Shown piece by piece: positions 8,501 through 18,302 of a stretch of DNA of 39,792 nt. The number at the start of each line of letters is the position of its first letter. Position 1 is the first letter of the stretch. Where the stretch lies: contig JAUMZX010000001.1 of the NCBI GenBank assembly GCA_030527905.1, forward strand, positions 1 to 39,792, given 5' to 3'. The notes below the pieces were generated by a model. The model was not told the DNA's origin. It was given only the letters and a program-made list of their open reading frames with translations, and made no database searches. The position numbers and the translations under genes were made by a program. This stretch comes from Cardiobacteriaceae bacterium. Its GTDB lineage: Bacteria; Pseudomonadota; Gammaproteobacteria; Cardiobacteriales; Cardiobacteriaceae.

Positions 8501-9748
8501 ATAAGCCATCTTCTCTTGCTCGGTGAGGCCTTTAGGTGTCTCACCTGGCTTGAGGTCTTGGTTAAGCTTAGCGATCTCCTCAGGGCTCTTCGGGCCGTTC
8601 ACCTCGTCGTTGATATCGTCTAATGGGTTACGTTCACGATTAAGAGATTCAGCTTCACGTTGAGCTTTTAGTTCTTCTGACTGCCGGCGGTATAGTTCGG
8701 CGTTAATCTCTTTGTTCTGTGGGTCTAGCGCGCTGGCTTTGTTTAGCTCTTCATTACTTAAACCTTCATAGCGGCTAGTAGGCAGCGTAGAAATATCGCC
8801 TATAAGCTCTTGAGAGGCGTTCTGGTGGCTTGCGCCACTCGAGTTGATATCTAACTCATCTTCGCTAGTTTTAGCGCTTGTAGGGGGTTCTACAGCGTCA
8901 CTTTCGCTGCGTAGATTCGGGTCTTCTGCGCCCTTGCCGCGGAGTTTGCCGATGCCATAGCCTAAACCTTCGAGGCTACCCTGGAAGATTGCGCCAGTGG
9001 CAGCTTGTTCGCCGGCTTTTTGCCAGGCCTTATTAATATCACCTGTCTTGCCATACTCTTGGAGAAAACCTTGGGCTGCATTTGCACCACCTTGAGCGGC
9101 TACCTCTTTAGCAATTTGGCCAGCTAGTGCTTTACCTGTAAGCTCAGCGCCATCTACTGCCAGACGAGTAGGGTTGATAAACCCAGTAAGAGTGCTACCT
9201 GCGTCAATAGCGTCACCAGTAATAGTTGCCCAATCTCGAGCGTCGCCCTTACCTTGGCCGATCCTGTCGCCAGCCTCCTTAGCTTTGGTTGTGTCCTCAA
9301 TATTCTTACCAGTAATATCCTTTTGGTCCCGTATCCACTTACGGGCACCTTCTGCGGAGTCCATAATGGCCTTGCCGGCTTTCGCGTTGGCGTCCTGGTC
9401 GAATGCATTAACGATCTGGTTAGATGCAAGAGCTGCCGCTTCACCTGTATCGACTACTGCGCTAGCTAGTTTCCCTGCGCCTTGCTGAATACCAGCGCCT
9501 ACGCCTTTAGCGGTATCGCCAATCCACTTAAGGCCGTTACCTAGCCAATCGTTTTTCTTCTTTTCCTCTTCCTCTTTCTTTTTCTTTTCTTCTTCTTGGC
9601 GTTTCTGTTCCTGTTGTTGCTTCTGTTCTTCCTCATAGGTTAGCGAGCTGTCAGGATTCCACCCGTTATCATAGCGGTTACCCTCATCGTCGGCACGAAC
9701 TTGGCTCCATCGCCCACCGTAGATTTGCTTCCATTCGTCTTCAGTCAT
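5516..9748 (-). CDS. Large internal virion (DNA ejection) protein, 1410 aa
   Basis: Very long, helical, Ala/Gly/Lys-rich; last gene of a podovirus-like tail module. Function inferred from synteny. Confidence 0.72.
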   Translation of the reverse strand: MTEDEWKQIYGGRWSQVRADDEGNRYDNGWNPDSSLTYEEEQKQQQEQKRQEEEKKKKEEEEKKKNDWLGNGLKWIGDTAKGVGAGIQQGAGKLASAVVDTGEAAALASNQIVNAFDQDANAKAGKAIMDSAEGARKWIRDQKDITGKNIEDTTKAKEAGDRIGQGKGDARDWATITGDAIDAGSTLTGFINPTRLAVDGAELTGKALAGQIAKEVAAQGGANAAQGFLQEYGKTGDINKAWQKAGEQAATGAIFQGSLEGLGYGIGKLRGKGAEDPNLRSESDAVEPPTSAKTSEDELDINSSGASHQNASQELIGDISTLPTSRYEGLSNEELNKASALDPQNKEINAELYRRQSEELKAQREAESLNRERNPLDDINDEVNGPKSPEEIAKLNQDLKPGETPKGLTEQEKMAYEADSEFRKQVDEKLAQARKGFENNGLPNDSKGAEEYLKRLDEGATDILHDAFYKARHDVESIGQILGDEQMPKEVRNAAVQAADMGREIDAKLENLMNDNTYNQAHAQMDAAYKERLAAVNDMPGPRQEIERQRLDEQYTRDLQELEETRARDLPQVQELNAMKQRVDERAQEIVADTNELIHSDPKTFRQVDEAKLAEHRQLAEQNLAEAKKYDGKTTYALQEVSKTQNPEELKIALERNGETLRKELANQLNIKDLEHAKESISKISDTQMALARITSPSVIFDKGGLNTERAGLFSEVVNGTGKAAVANEEVAKRLGDVQKMLGKDAHNREVLDNLIDYWEGRRKDFNIPGHETAAKEVRQMLDEVKPWLEENGFGTIKEFYFPHMREHDPQGLANLFDESQLAKGELGIGSLKSRKKGDEEYSRDVWKVLGTYFDGINRAKYIEPSLRKIESVSTQLKLASAEHKNFEAYAGFLDNYINQIKGKNQSNIEKAFDSQFGHNAFKKSTGAIRAVNAMATLGLSPLTALRQITQEIATVGNLNPKWAGVGIVNGARMLASKEGRKELKLSGVLDEGTGLKDLNGLTQSKAGKAFDKASDGLMSMVSTMDNIMRAQAYAGAKAKGLKLNGAKWERWANEAGLTGQAAQDFVQKKAMEYGTKATVDTQFITSKVDAPAAFNGPGMRTLTQLATFDGKQAGFLIRMGLKPIKDVKNGNYRLAANDMGKLVAMGATAWGVQATLGQFIGMKETDHIPFYDQIQAWTNIEGKDEKSYERDQKNKFRRSPAMTLLFGDGNKNPGLLGALAKKDKGEGIKEFWDKNWQLIVPAGTQAKRTTEGLKSIEEGVVKNDKGNTRFVQNQDRGNALKAAILGKYTTENGQKWLKEGSFSAVKESQQQKIESLDSSKAREQATEYFQRTNKIPNRKEAYDNAKQALQEGNRNRAQSIINEYNSKVKGAYDGFELTSEQRKAAAQREIQLNRVVKSSKQKHKQKSGW

Positions 9749-9762
9749 TTATTTCTCCTCTC

Positions 9763-10581
9763 TTATCCATAGTAATATGCTTTCCATGCGTTGCCTCCGC
9801 GTTGGTTTTGGGGCACGTATTTCCAGAAATCAGTTGCAAACTGACTTGTATTGCCGCCTGCGCTTCGGTACGCGTCACGAGCTAGCTGAAATATCGCAGG
9901 GCTAATATTACGGCCGCTTTGAATAGCGCCTGCAATAATACCCTGAGCTGCCGCGTTAGGGTTGATAGCTCGGCCTCCACCTCCGCTGCCTCCTCGTGCA
10001 TAGCTTACGCGGCCACCTCCACCTCCGCCACCTGAGTAGCGGGCCGCACTTGCAGCTACCGCCTGGGCGCGGTTGATGGCGTTCTGACTAGCTGTAAATG
10101 CTTGAGTTGCCTCACGTTCGCTACGCTGAAAGTTCCGATTCTTCTCATTCTCACCTGCAGTAAACTCTTGTCCTGCAAGCATTTGATTCCAGCTATTGAG
10201 CGCATCCTGTTGGCGGTCTACGCGGCCCAGGGCATTTGTACGTAGCTCTTTGTCTAGATCAGCTAGCCGTCCTTGGAGTTGCATACCTTCATCGTTTTGC
10301 TGAAAGTCGGCTTGCATCAAGGCGGGGAGCGTCTTCTCGGCTTCGTGTCGGGCTTGCTCATGGGCTGGTATACCACTAAAGGCTAAGCCTCTACCTGTCG
10401 CCTGGTTATTGATTGCATTGTAAGCGTTACCACGGGCTGCATAAATACTGGCACGTTGGGCATCATACTTTTGGCCTAGGTTACCGATTTGTTGATTGAT
10501 GACATTGCGCGACCCTTCGTAAGCGGGGTTTAAGTCACCGATCGACTCTTGGATTGTTTGAACTTTAGGCGCTGTTGCCAT
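9763..10581 (-). CDS. Internal virion (ejection) protein
   Basis: Gln/Ala-rich helical protein with ARGLAFSG-like motif and Gly-rich linker; synteny. Confidence 0.65.
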   Translation of the reverse strand: MATAPKVQTIQESIGDLNPAYEGSRNVINQQIGNLGQKYDAQRASIYAARGNAYNAINNQATGRGLAFSGIPAHEQARHEAEKTLPALMQADFQQNDEGMQLQGRLADLDKELRTNALGRVDRQQDALNSWNQMLAGQEFTAGENEKNRNFQRSEREATQAFTASQNAINRAQAVAASAARYSGGGGGGGRVSYARGGSGGGGRAINPNAAAQGIIAGAIQSGRNISPAIFQLARDAYRSAGGNTSQFATDFWKYVPQNQRGGNAWKAYYYG

Positions 10582-10593
10582 CGTCTATCTCCA

Positions 10594-11574
10594 TTAACTA
10601 ATATTATTCTGATATTCGTAAATACGGAACATTAAGTATCCCGAGTCTATCCCAGTAGGTTGGCCGTATGATGAATTGTCGACCTCTACTATCGGGGTTA
10701 TTTTATCATGTGTAATCTCTAGAAAGCCCAAGAAGTTTAAGCCTCCATTCATACCAGCCCCGCGGGCTTGCCACCTTGTATTGATCGAGTGACGAGTAAG
10801 GTAGTCATAAGCTTGGCGATTGCCAGGAATGTCGAATGATTCGCCACGGATACGCCACTTTGTCCTGGCTGGGGCGACACCTTGTACTCGTATCTGAGTC
10901 TCTATGACACGAGGTAAACAGAAGGCGAACTTGTCTGAGTGGAATACCCATGGGTGATCTGTCTTTACCGGTATGAGCTGTAAGTCATACTGGAGAAATT
11001 CACCGTGCACTGCCGCTTGTTCCATTGTTGCATTCAGCTTAATAGTGTTTGCTCCATGATCATAGGTTGTGTAGAGAGATATTGGGCCAGCCGATGAGTC
11101 TACAAGTCCTCGCACACCTCTAAATACATATGTGCCACGAACTAGATATTTACCAGTTAGGCCAGACGGTATCTCCAGTATCGAGACGTTACTACCCGGA
11201 GCCATATTCATTGTACCAGTTAATCGTTTAGCGATTATTTCACACTTACCGGTTGACCTAAATAGAAAGTTTTTGTCTCGATGGTATATCCTATAGTGTA
11301 CTGTACCCTTAAAGCGAGCGCCGCCGAACTGAGGGGCTTTAGCGAACCAAAGCTTGCCGTTCTCAGTAAATACGTTGAATTGGTCGTACGGCGAGCGCCC
11401 ATATATCCAGGGCTGGTTAGGATACTCTAGCCACGCGCTAAAGTAGTCGCCGTCCTCTATGTCGTCAAGCGCGGTAGTTGTAGGGAGACTAACATCAAGC
11501 TCCTTGCTGTCCTCTTTAAAGTCGGTCGGATACCAGAAGTCGCTGTGGAATATAAAGTTATCCGGGTTAATCAT
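10594..11574 (-). CDS. Virion/tail protein, beta-rich, internally duplicated
   Basis: F(I/V)FHSD motif recurs (FIFHSDF, WVFHSDK); lies in the tail module. Confidence 0.6.
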   Translation of the reverse strand: MINPDNFIFHSDFWYPTDFKEDSKELDVSLPTTTALDDIEDGDYFSAWLEYPNQPWIYGRSPYDQFNVFTENGKLWFAKAPQFGGARFKGTVHYRIYHRDKNFLFRSTGKCEIIAKRLTGTMNMAPGSNVSILEIPSGLTGKYLVRGTYVFRGVRGLVDSSAGPISLYTTYDHGANTIKLNATMEQAAVHGEFLQYDLQLIPVKTDHPWVFHSDKFAFCLPRVIETQIRVQGVAPARTKWRIRGESFDIPGNRQAYDYLTRHSINTRWQARGAGMNGGLNFLGFLEITHDKITPIVEVDNSSYGQPTGIDSGYLMFRIYEYQNNIS

Positions 11575-11795
11575 CGTACTGTAGTTTCCTCTACAACATC
11601 TTTATCGGGGATAGTGATTGCGATAATGTCATGATCCCCATTAACGGGGCGGCCGATTAGAAGTCGGCGCGTCCCCGCTGAGTCCTTACTTATCTTAGTC
11701 CGTGACTCATTCTGGAGCTGTTCAAAGTTCTTATTAATCGTATTGACTAATGTCGCATCATCCATCCCGGGTGTTAGCTGAATAAGAGATAACAT
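11571..11795 (-). CDS. Small virion protein
   Basis: Coupled to neighbours; INKNFEQL motif common in tail/fibre N-termini. Confidence 0.65.
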   Translation of the reverse strand: MLSLIQLTPGMDDATLVNTINKNFEQLQNESRTKISKDSAGTRRLLIGRPVNGDHDIIAITIPDKDVVEETTVR

Positions 11796-12334
11796 TACAG
11801 CTTCTCCGTTACCTGGACGTGCACCTCACCATCGAACGAGAGATTCCAGGGGAAGATATTACCGCCTGAGATAAAGATCTTACCATCTCGCTTCTCACCA
11901 TTTACTACTAGGTGGCCTGAATAGTGGCCGAAGTAGGTGCAAGTAACGATAATATTATCAATCGTACGCCCTACAGGTGCGGGGAAGCTTCCAAGCCCTG
12001 CACGGCGACCGTTAGCCTCAATGAGCAAACCAACGTGTCCTGGGCCGTTATGGTCGTTCTGAGTGCCGGTGACAGGAATAGTACGACTATAGGTCTTAAT
12101 TCCGCCCATATCGGTTACTGTCCAGCCGTTATCGTCAATGTATTGGCGGAGGGCCAGTTTATCTTTAGTGATTGAATTGTCGGCGATCTTCTCACGAGTC
12201 ACTGCCGAGTTTTTGAGGTTAGCGGCATCAATATTACCGTTAAACTCGTTGTAGATAGTACCAAAACGGTTATTGAGGTCGTTTGCTACCGCCTCAGTAC
12301 CATCTTGTAATTGTGAATAACTAATTAATCCCAT
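11795..12334 (-). CDS. Short tail fibre/needle-like protein
   Basis: N-terminal anchor (ANDLNNRF), AVTREKIADNSITKDKLA repeat, beta-rich C-terminus. Confidence 0.65.
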   Translation of the reverse strand: MGLISYSQLQDGTEAVANDLNNRFGTIYNEFNGNIDAANLKNSAVTREKIADNSITKDKLALRQYIDDNGWTVTDMGGIKTYSRTIPVTGTQNDHNGPGHVGLLIEANGRRAGLGSFPAPVGRTIDNIIVTCTYFGHYSGHLVVNGEKRDGKIFISGGNIFPWNLSFDGEVHVQVTEKL

Positions 12335-14725
12335 TTATAACCTCTTTGCTTTATAACTAAATTGTGCACCGACAAAGGCCACGCGGTTTTCTACACCATT
12401 GCGGAATACTCGTAGTTGCCAGTATCGTGCATACCCTGAGTAGCTTTGTCGCTTTGGCTTAAACGACCTGCTACCACCGTAGAGTGTACCATCACCCCAC
12501 TTGAATTGTCCCCACCTTGCACCATTAACAGAGAGTACTTGCTCTTTAATCTTTGGCGCATCAGCGAAGTCTTTATCCATTGCGAGGCCTACCTTAAAGG
12601 TAGAGTCAACACCCTGGAATATCGGGTAAAAGCGCTTAAGTCGCTTACGTTGCATTGGGCTACCCATACTATCGTACTTGAACCGATATTCAAAGTCGAT
12701 TGGCGCACCCATGTCATGGTAAACTTGCGTCTCGGCGTAGTAACTCATCCCCACGTAAGAGTTGAACACTGCGAGTTGTCCATGGTCATCTGCATCATCA
12801 TAGTAAATTGCGCGGTCTCCATAGACACCAGTATCGTATTCAATATCCTTTAATGGTTTATTGTAGATAATACATGTATCGTTAACTGTCGAACCGCTAG
12901 AGGCCAAGTAAAAGCGTATCTCATCTCTATACTTGGTTGCGTCTATATCAGTAATGCGCGGACATCCATCAATTAATGGAGTAATAGCATCTGAGATACG
13001 AATGTCACTCGAACCGTTAAACATAAACAGCCCGGCATCGCCTACAAAGTAGATTGCGTTCTCATCCTGTACTACTCCGCGCCGTGCAATAGCGCCCTTA
13101 AAACCGGTAGATTGCCGCATATTGAACGATGCTTCATCGTACCCACTAATAATGTACTTGCCGTCCTGAGTAAAGACTACTAAGTTGTCCTGGAATGAGC
13201 AAAGCTTAACCACTGGTGAACCGTTAAATGGCCGCGGGATAGTAAAGAAGCTTGTACTCCTCCATTCGTTATACCATTGCTCACTTGGCTTGGTCGGTAT
13301 CTTGCCTGTTGGATCCCACGCCGGATTGCCAGGAGCTTCCGAGAAGCGGATCGTATTAGGTAGGCCAGCTACAACGCCCCACATACGGTCTTTATGAAAC
13401 ATCACTTCGCGTAGTACGGGCAGTTCGGTATCTACAATGCGGCCGACACCAGTATCGATAATCTCTACATCGTCAATCCAGAAATCCTCACCAGTTGAGA
13501 CAAACTCGAGACTATTGACATCCAGTTCGGGCCAGTAGTAAAACTCGTGGCTGTCCCATGAGGTTGTCATCTGCTTTTGATAGCCTGCAATTGGGCGGAG
13601 CTGAGTATTGACACTCACGAATACTTGAGATGTACCAGCTGCACTAACGGATGAGAATTTAATCTTATAACGTTTACCTTTAGCGAGTTGAACATCACTC
13701 TTAGTGTAGCGTTGTCCGACGCCGGTAATCTTGAGCGATGCAGGAGCTGATTTATATACCGTCGTATCTCGTGTTACGCTACCTTGCCACCGCACGGTTG
13801 GGAGGTCGAAGTTGCCGTTATCTACAATATTGGTGCGATCTTGAGGCGGTGTGCCATCCCAGTAGCGTAATTCATCGTGGCCGTTAGCCCAAAACATCTT
13901 ACCGTCACCATTAGCAAAGCTATACTCGCTAGCTTCTGAGGATAAACCGCTTATGATCTCACGCCATTTACCGGCTGCCTCATCTGCATAATAGAGGGTG
14001 TTGTCATATACGGCGACAGTACGGTTGTTGCGATTATCCAGGTTAAAGCGATATGCGCCTTTGAGCTTTTTCTCAGGCGCTGTAAACAGCCTATAACGTA
14101 GCATCTTACCAGCAATGGGAGTGTTCACTGTCCAGGCTGCAGGAGTCCATCGAGCTTCGGGAGTACTATTAACTAGGCCAATCTCGTAATACTTGAGCGA
14201 GTCATCTTGGGGCTTAAGTGCAATCCAGTATTTCTTACTTGTCTTAATCTTTGGCGGGTTGATAAAACGACAAGTAACCCAATCACCGCTATCGCCAATG
14301 TCTCCATTAAGGAATGAACTTACTGATAGACGATTACCGGGTAGGCCGTTTGCATCCTCTAGGATTTCTACTGTTACTGGGCCAGTAGCACCGCCGGGGT
14401 TTTTAATATCAATATCAAGGCGAGTAATACGTTGGTCTACGTTAGCAGTAAACGGTTGCAAAAGAAAAGCGTTATCTCTATTTATCTTAAACCGCTGAGT
14501 AACAGTAGCTACATTGCCCAGTGCTTGAAACTCGCCCAAGGGTTCAATATGCAAAGAATGGCCGCGCCTAGTTGACACGGCCACGCGGCGGGAATCCTTT
14601 TGTTGGGCTTTGAGGCGAAAGTTCTTACTAAAAGGACTCTTACCCTCCTGAAGGAGGTCGACTGGCGTAACAAGGTCGATACCTCCTAGATTTAGCTGGG
14701 TAGCAATTTTAACTTGCTGCGCCAT
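12335..14725 (-). CDS. Tail nozzle/stabilisation protein (P22 gp10 / tail tubular B-like) with inserted carbohydrate-binding-like domains
   Basis: 796 aa beta-propeller-like, after the adaptor; CBM4/9-like insert NIVDNGNF...FWIDDVEI. Confidence 0.75.
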   Translation of the reverse strand: MAQQVKIATQLNLGGIDLVTPVDLLQEGKSPFSKNFRLKAQQKDSRRVAVSTRRGHSLHIEPLGEFQALGNVATVTQRFKINRDNAFLLQPFTANVDQRITRLDIDIKNPGGATGPVTVEILEDANGLPGNRLSVSSFLNGDIGDSGDWVTCRFINPPKIKTSKKYWIALKPQDDSLKYYEIGLVNSTPEARWTPAAWTVNTPIAGKMLRYRLFTAPEKKLKGAYRFNLDNRNNRTVAVYDNTLYYADEAAGKWREIISGLSSEASEYSFANGDGKMFWANGHDELRYWDGTPPQDRTNIVDNGNFDLPTVRWQGSVTRDTTVYKSAPASLKITGVGQRYTKSDVQLAKGKRYKIKFSSVSAAGTSQVFVSVNTQLRPIAGYQKQMTTSWDSHEFYYWPELDVNSLEFVSTGEDFWIDDVEIIDTGVGRIVDTELPVLREVMFHKDRMWGVVAGLPNTIRFSEAPGNPAWDPTGKIPTKPSEQWYNEWRSTSFFTIPRPFNGSPVVKLCSFQDNLVVFTQDGKYIISGYDEASFNMRQSTGFKGAIARRGVVQDENAIYFVGDAGLFMFNGSSDIRISDAITPLIDGCPRITDIDATKYRDEIRFYLASSGSTVNDTCIIYNKPLKDIEYDTGVYGDRAIYYDDADDHGQLAVFNSYVGMSYYAETQVYHDMGAPIDFEYRFKYDSMGSPMQRKRLKRFYPIFQGVDSTFKVGLAMDKDFADAPKIKEQVLSVNGARWGQFKWGDGTLYGGSRSFKPKRQSYSGYARYWQLRVFRNGVENRVAFVGAQFSYKAKRL

Positions 14726-14733
14726 TCATCCTC

Positions 14734-15357
14734 CTATATTTGCAAATTACGCATCTTAACGGGGCCAAATGCATCGCGCATACCAAAGCGAGTAACCATC
14801 TCTTGCAATTGAGCTTGATACTGGTTCTCCACCTGAGTAGATAGATCAATATCCTCGTTACGGTCATGCACACGACGGAGTGCGCCAAGAATAAGCAGCT
14901 CGGTAAACTCTTCGGGAATATCGGGCTTGTCAGTATCTTGGGCCATTGTATTTGGCGTCTTATAATAATACGTATATAGTTTATATTCTTTATCGGTTGG
15001 GGCGTCTAATAGAATGTTGCCGGCGTATTCAGTCCAGTAGCCAGGTGTATTGGGTTTGTTATTCATCGCATCTGCGAATTGCATGAAGAAATCACGGTAT
15101 TCTCGCTTCATTCGAAAGAAGTTAGGCACACCGCTCATTGCATGCATCTCTACCCGGCTAACGTCATCTGGCAGCTTAATGATAGACGTACTAGCGGGTA
15201 CATCACCAATAAAGATCTTTTCCATAAATGGTAGTTCAAATTGGTTGAATATATCCCGCTGGGCGTCATTTAAGAAGTTGTCAATGATTTCTGGCTCGTA
15301 ATCTTCATCATCCAGCTTATCTATCATCACCCGCTTGCGTAAATCGGCGAGTGTCAT
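14734..15357 (-). CDS. Head-tail adaptor (tail tubular A / P22 gp4-like)
   Basis: MTLADLRKRV...FLNDAQRDI and DKPDIPEEFTELLILGAL pattern. Confidence 0.8.
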   Translation of the reverse strand: MTLADLRKRVMIDKLDDEDYEPEIIDNFLNDAQRDIFNQFELPFMEKIFIGDVPASTSIIKLPDDVSRVEMHAMSGVPNFFRMKREYRDFFMQFADAMNNKPNTPGYWTEYAGNILLDAPTDKEYKLYTYYYKTPNTMAQDTDKPDIPEEFTELLILGALRRVHDRNEDIDLSTQVENQYQAQLQEMVTRFGMRDAFGPVKMRNLQI

Positions 15358-15365
15358 TTAAACTC

Positions 15366-15851
15366 CTAGAGACCGGTTGGCACGACAACAGTCGGGATCA
15401 CATATGCGGAGTTAGATTGTACCGTAACCGATACGTTGCCGGCGTTGTCAATGCGGATAAACGACCCGTCAGCAGTATTAGGGTTACCCGCTTTGTATAT
15501 TGGGGCCATCGTAACATGAACACCATCACGATAGCCCTCTGGTAGACGGAACAGGACAACAGTGCCTGGGGACCCGCCCGGCATCTGGCTAAACTCACCC
15601 GGCCCCTTGACAAGCAGAATGCCGTTGTATCGGCGGTACAACCATTCACCCCTAACAGTGGCCTGTTTTTGCCATTTCGTATCACTTTCACCAAGCTTCG
15701 GTACGTTGCCGCCCTGGCCACCTATACCACCAGTAGATGATGTAGCCATCATTGAGTAACTGCCACCATTTGGCACGAGCACAACGCCGAGGCTATCGCT
15801 TGGTGCGCTATCAGCAATATTGCTCACGCTAAATCTGCCAAGATTTTCCAT
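15366..15851 (-). CDS. Putative fibre/receptor-binding head domain protein
   Basis: LYRRYNGIL...LFRLPEGYR...IRIDNAGNV pattern seen at the C-termini of phage fibres. Confidence 0.6.
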   Translation of the reverse strand: MENLGRFSVSNIADSAPSDSLGVVLVPNGGSYSMMATSSTGGIGGQGGNVPKLGESDTKWQKQATVRGEWLYRRYNGILLVKGPGEFSQMPGGSPGTVVLFRLPEGYRDGVHVTMAPIYKAGNPNTADGSFIRIDNAGNVSVTVQSNSAYVIPTVVVPTGL

Positions 15852-15860
15852 TATATTCTC

Positions 15861-17195
15861 CTATTTAACTACTATTTGCTTATATCTGTTTGTATTTAGT
15901 TCGATACTATCGATTTTGCCCGTCTCTATTACATCAGGGCGGTATCGATCAATGTTTAATGTTTCGGCTACATAAGCGCTTGCGCTTACGTAATCAGGTT
16001 TATATTGTTTGTATTCAATGCTGTATACGCTGGGATCTAATAAGTTGTTAGTCCGCGTTGTTGTTAGCCGCAAAGTTATCGGCGCTGGCTTCAACGTCAA
16101 TACCTTGGGCTTCGGTATAAATATAACACTCGGGCTGCTAATACTGACCCTTATATTTACCCCCTCGGGCTGTATGAGAGCCGCTGTATGGGCAGTTAAG
16201 GCTGGGGATGATATAGTTATCCTCTCCGTTATTCTATACGGTATGAGGGCGTATACGGGGCCTATATGGGTCAATGTAGGCGGTCTGATTGTTAGACGCT
16301 CCGTAACTTGTACGGGGCGTAGTTCACCTGGTTTTGGCGGTATATAGGTAAGTGTAGGCTTCGTTTTAAATACGAGATGCACCCAACCGCGCCTACCTTT
16401 AAGGTCATACCTTGGGCCGCTACCAGTAAGAGCAGGCGATTTAATCGTCAAGCGTTCGGTCGACCTACTCCCGGTAAGGCTATAAACTTTAGGTTTGGGA
16501 TTTATATATGCACCGCCGGCGGGGAAACCTCCCATTGGTGCACCTGTCGCAAAATCATTAGCTAACGTATACGCCAACGGAGCTGGGCTAAAATCACTAG
16601 CAATAGCTGGCGGTAGTGGCAATGTACTTGCAGATACGACATTAACCCGTACCGTTCCACCGGCTGCCATACTCAACCCGTTCGCGCCCCTTGAGTTGTA
16701 CTCCCACCTACTCTGAGATACTGCTATATCCCAACCATTGGGTTCACTAGTGCCGTCTTCCCAGGCTTTAGCCCTTAGCCATGTTCCCTCAGCCCTGAAC
16801 CTGAACCATGTCCATACTCCAGCTCTAAGGGTCTTGTCGCTATACACCTCGAGGCCACGCTCGACATTGTCGTCTAGCCGTAGACGCTGCGAACTATTTT
16901 GGTGATATACAGACAATACATACCCTGTTGCCACTCGTTGCCCCATGCCGGGGTCTATAAAGCTCGACCCGCGCACCATCATGAGTCCCTGCTTGTGGAC
17001 GCTGTACTCGAACTTGGCGCGTATCAATAGCTCTACATTGTCCTCGCCCTGAAAGCCTTTAAGCCCTAGATAGTGGTCGGCAAACGAGTCTGACTTTAGG
17101 ACTATTTCATCGTTCTCAGCGTAATACTTACCGTTCCCCCAGTGCTCTTTGTAAAAGGGGGACAGATTAGGGAATCTATCGGCAAAAAAACGCAT
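15861..17195 (-). CDS. Virion protein with lectin-like N-terminal domain and tandem beta-strand repeats
   Basis: WTWFRFRAEGTWLRAKAWEDGTSEP.GW motif; TER(L/I)TI..P.LT repeats. Confidence 0.6.
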   Translation of the reverse strand: MRFFADRFPNLSPFYKEHWGNGKYYAENDEIVLKSDSFADHYLGLKGFQGEDNVELLIRAKFEYSVHKQGLMMVRGSSFIDPGMGQRVATGYVLSVYHQNSSQRLRLDDNVERGLEVYSDKTLRAGVWTWFRFRAEGTWLRAKAWEDGTSEPNGWDIAVSQSRWEYNSRGANGLSMAAGGTVRVNVVSASTLPLPPAIASDFSPAPLAYTLANDFATGAPMGGFPAGGAYINPKPKVYSLTGSRSTERLTIKSPALTGSGPRYDLKGRRGWVHLVFKTKPTLTYIPPKPGELRPVQVTERLTIRPPTLTHIGPVYALIPYRITERITISSPALTAHTAALIQPEGVNIRVSISSPSVIFIPKPKVLTLKPAPITLRLTTTRTNNLLDPSVYSIEYKQYKPDYVSASAYVAETLNIDRYRPDVIETGKIDSIELNTNRYKQIVVK

Positions 17196-17198
17196 AGG

Positions 17199-17945
17199 CT
17201 ACCCCGCTACTATTTCATAGTTCACGCTGAAATACGGTGGCAAATGTTTAACTGGCACATTACTTGATGAATCGTTTGGATTATCCGTTTTTGTATGCAG
17301 ATGAAAACCCCACTGATTGCCGGCATTCACTGCTCCTGATAAGTTGGTCACCGGGCTCATCTTTTGACTCATCCATGTATTGGTTTGATAGTTGTTAGGA
17401 GCTAAGTTTATTTCGGCGCTTCCACCGCGCTGCCCAACCAAGCCACCGATTGGTGTCCCATAAGGGAATCTACCCCTTAAGTCGGCCAATTTAAACGTAT
17501 TAGGGCCTGTTCTTTCGCCATATGACAGATATTGCTCAACAAGCGCTGCAAGTATAGGATACTGCTCCACTCGATAACCATCTGCGCCATTCATGAATAG
17601 ACGCCCAGGCGTCGGGGTTTCCCTCATGGTCATGAATATATCACCGACGTTTGCACCATTCTCACGATATATACCACGGTAAAGCAATGATCCGGCAGGA
17701 AATGTCTTTGATGCAGTACCCCGCATACCGCGCTCGACAATTAGCGTATTGCTTTCGTGATGGGATACATATACTATTTCACAGTTAGCAAGCGTAGGGA
17801 ATTTATCCGCAGGCGCTAGAGTTATGTAATACCCGAAAAAGTCAGCCTCGCCAAAGCTTCTAAAATCATCTGGATCTATCTCAATAGTCTTTTGCCCTGC
17901 TGGCAGTACCGCCTTTAATGTTGTTGATGCGAGACTACCGTTCAT
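17199..17945 (-). CDS. Phage tail-collar domain fibre protein
   Basis: VGDIFM...PGRLFMNG...YPILAA...TFKLADLRGRFPYG...GQRGG...HLPPYFSVNY is the tail collar signature. Confidence 0.82.
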   Translation of the reverse strand: MNGSLASTTLKAVLPAGQKTIEIDPDDFRSFGEADFFGYYITLAPADKFPTLANCEIVYVSHHESNTLIVERGMRGTASKTFPAGSLLYRGIYRENGANVGDIFMTMRETPTPGRLFMNGADGYRVEQYPILAALVEQYLSYGERTGPNTFKLADLRGRFPYGTPIGGLVGQRGGSAEINLAPNNYQTNTWMSQKMSPVTNLSGAVNAGNQWGFHLHTKTDNPNDSSSNVPVKHLPPYFSVNYEIVAG

Positions 17946-17946
17946 A

Positions 17947-18300
17947 TTAAATGTCCTCTGCCTTCAGTTGTACTCCAGTAAGGTTGGCTGTGCCGCCCTG
18001 GGTCACCGCTTGACCTGCGATGTCAGTTACAAACAACATTTCAGTGCCGTCAACGTATGCAACATGTGTAGCTGTGCCAGTTTTTGTGACGCTAAGGTTA
18101 TTTGCCGGTTTGAGGGTGACCACTCGCTCGCCAGCTGTCGGGAATGTTTGCGATGACGTAGAGTATGAACCCTCGCCAAGCTTTTGGCTATTAGCGGTAT
18201 TGTAGTCGTTCGTGTAGGATGGAAGGATTAGTACCTTATTGGCAGTGTTTATTTTTGCTAGTAGCGCGTTCCATGCGCTATTATTTACCCATTTTGTCAT
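17947..18300 (-). CDS. Small virion structural protein
   Basis: Thr/Gly/Ala-rich beta protein (TGTATHVAY) in the structural operon. Confidence 0.65.
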   Translation of the reverse strand: MTKWVNNSAWNALLAKINTANKVLILPSYTNDYNTANSQKLGEGSYSTSSQTFPTAGERVVTLKPANNLSVTKTGTATHVAYVDGTEMLFVTDIAGQAVTQGGTANLTGVQLKAEDI

Positions 18301-18302
18301 TG

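Noticed and set aside
10594-17945. Diversity-generating retroelement or invertible fibre cassette
   Set aside because: No reverse transcriptase or invertase, and no template/variable repeat pair noticed.
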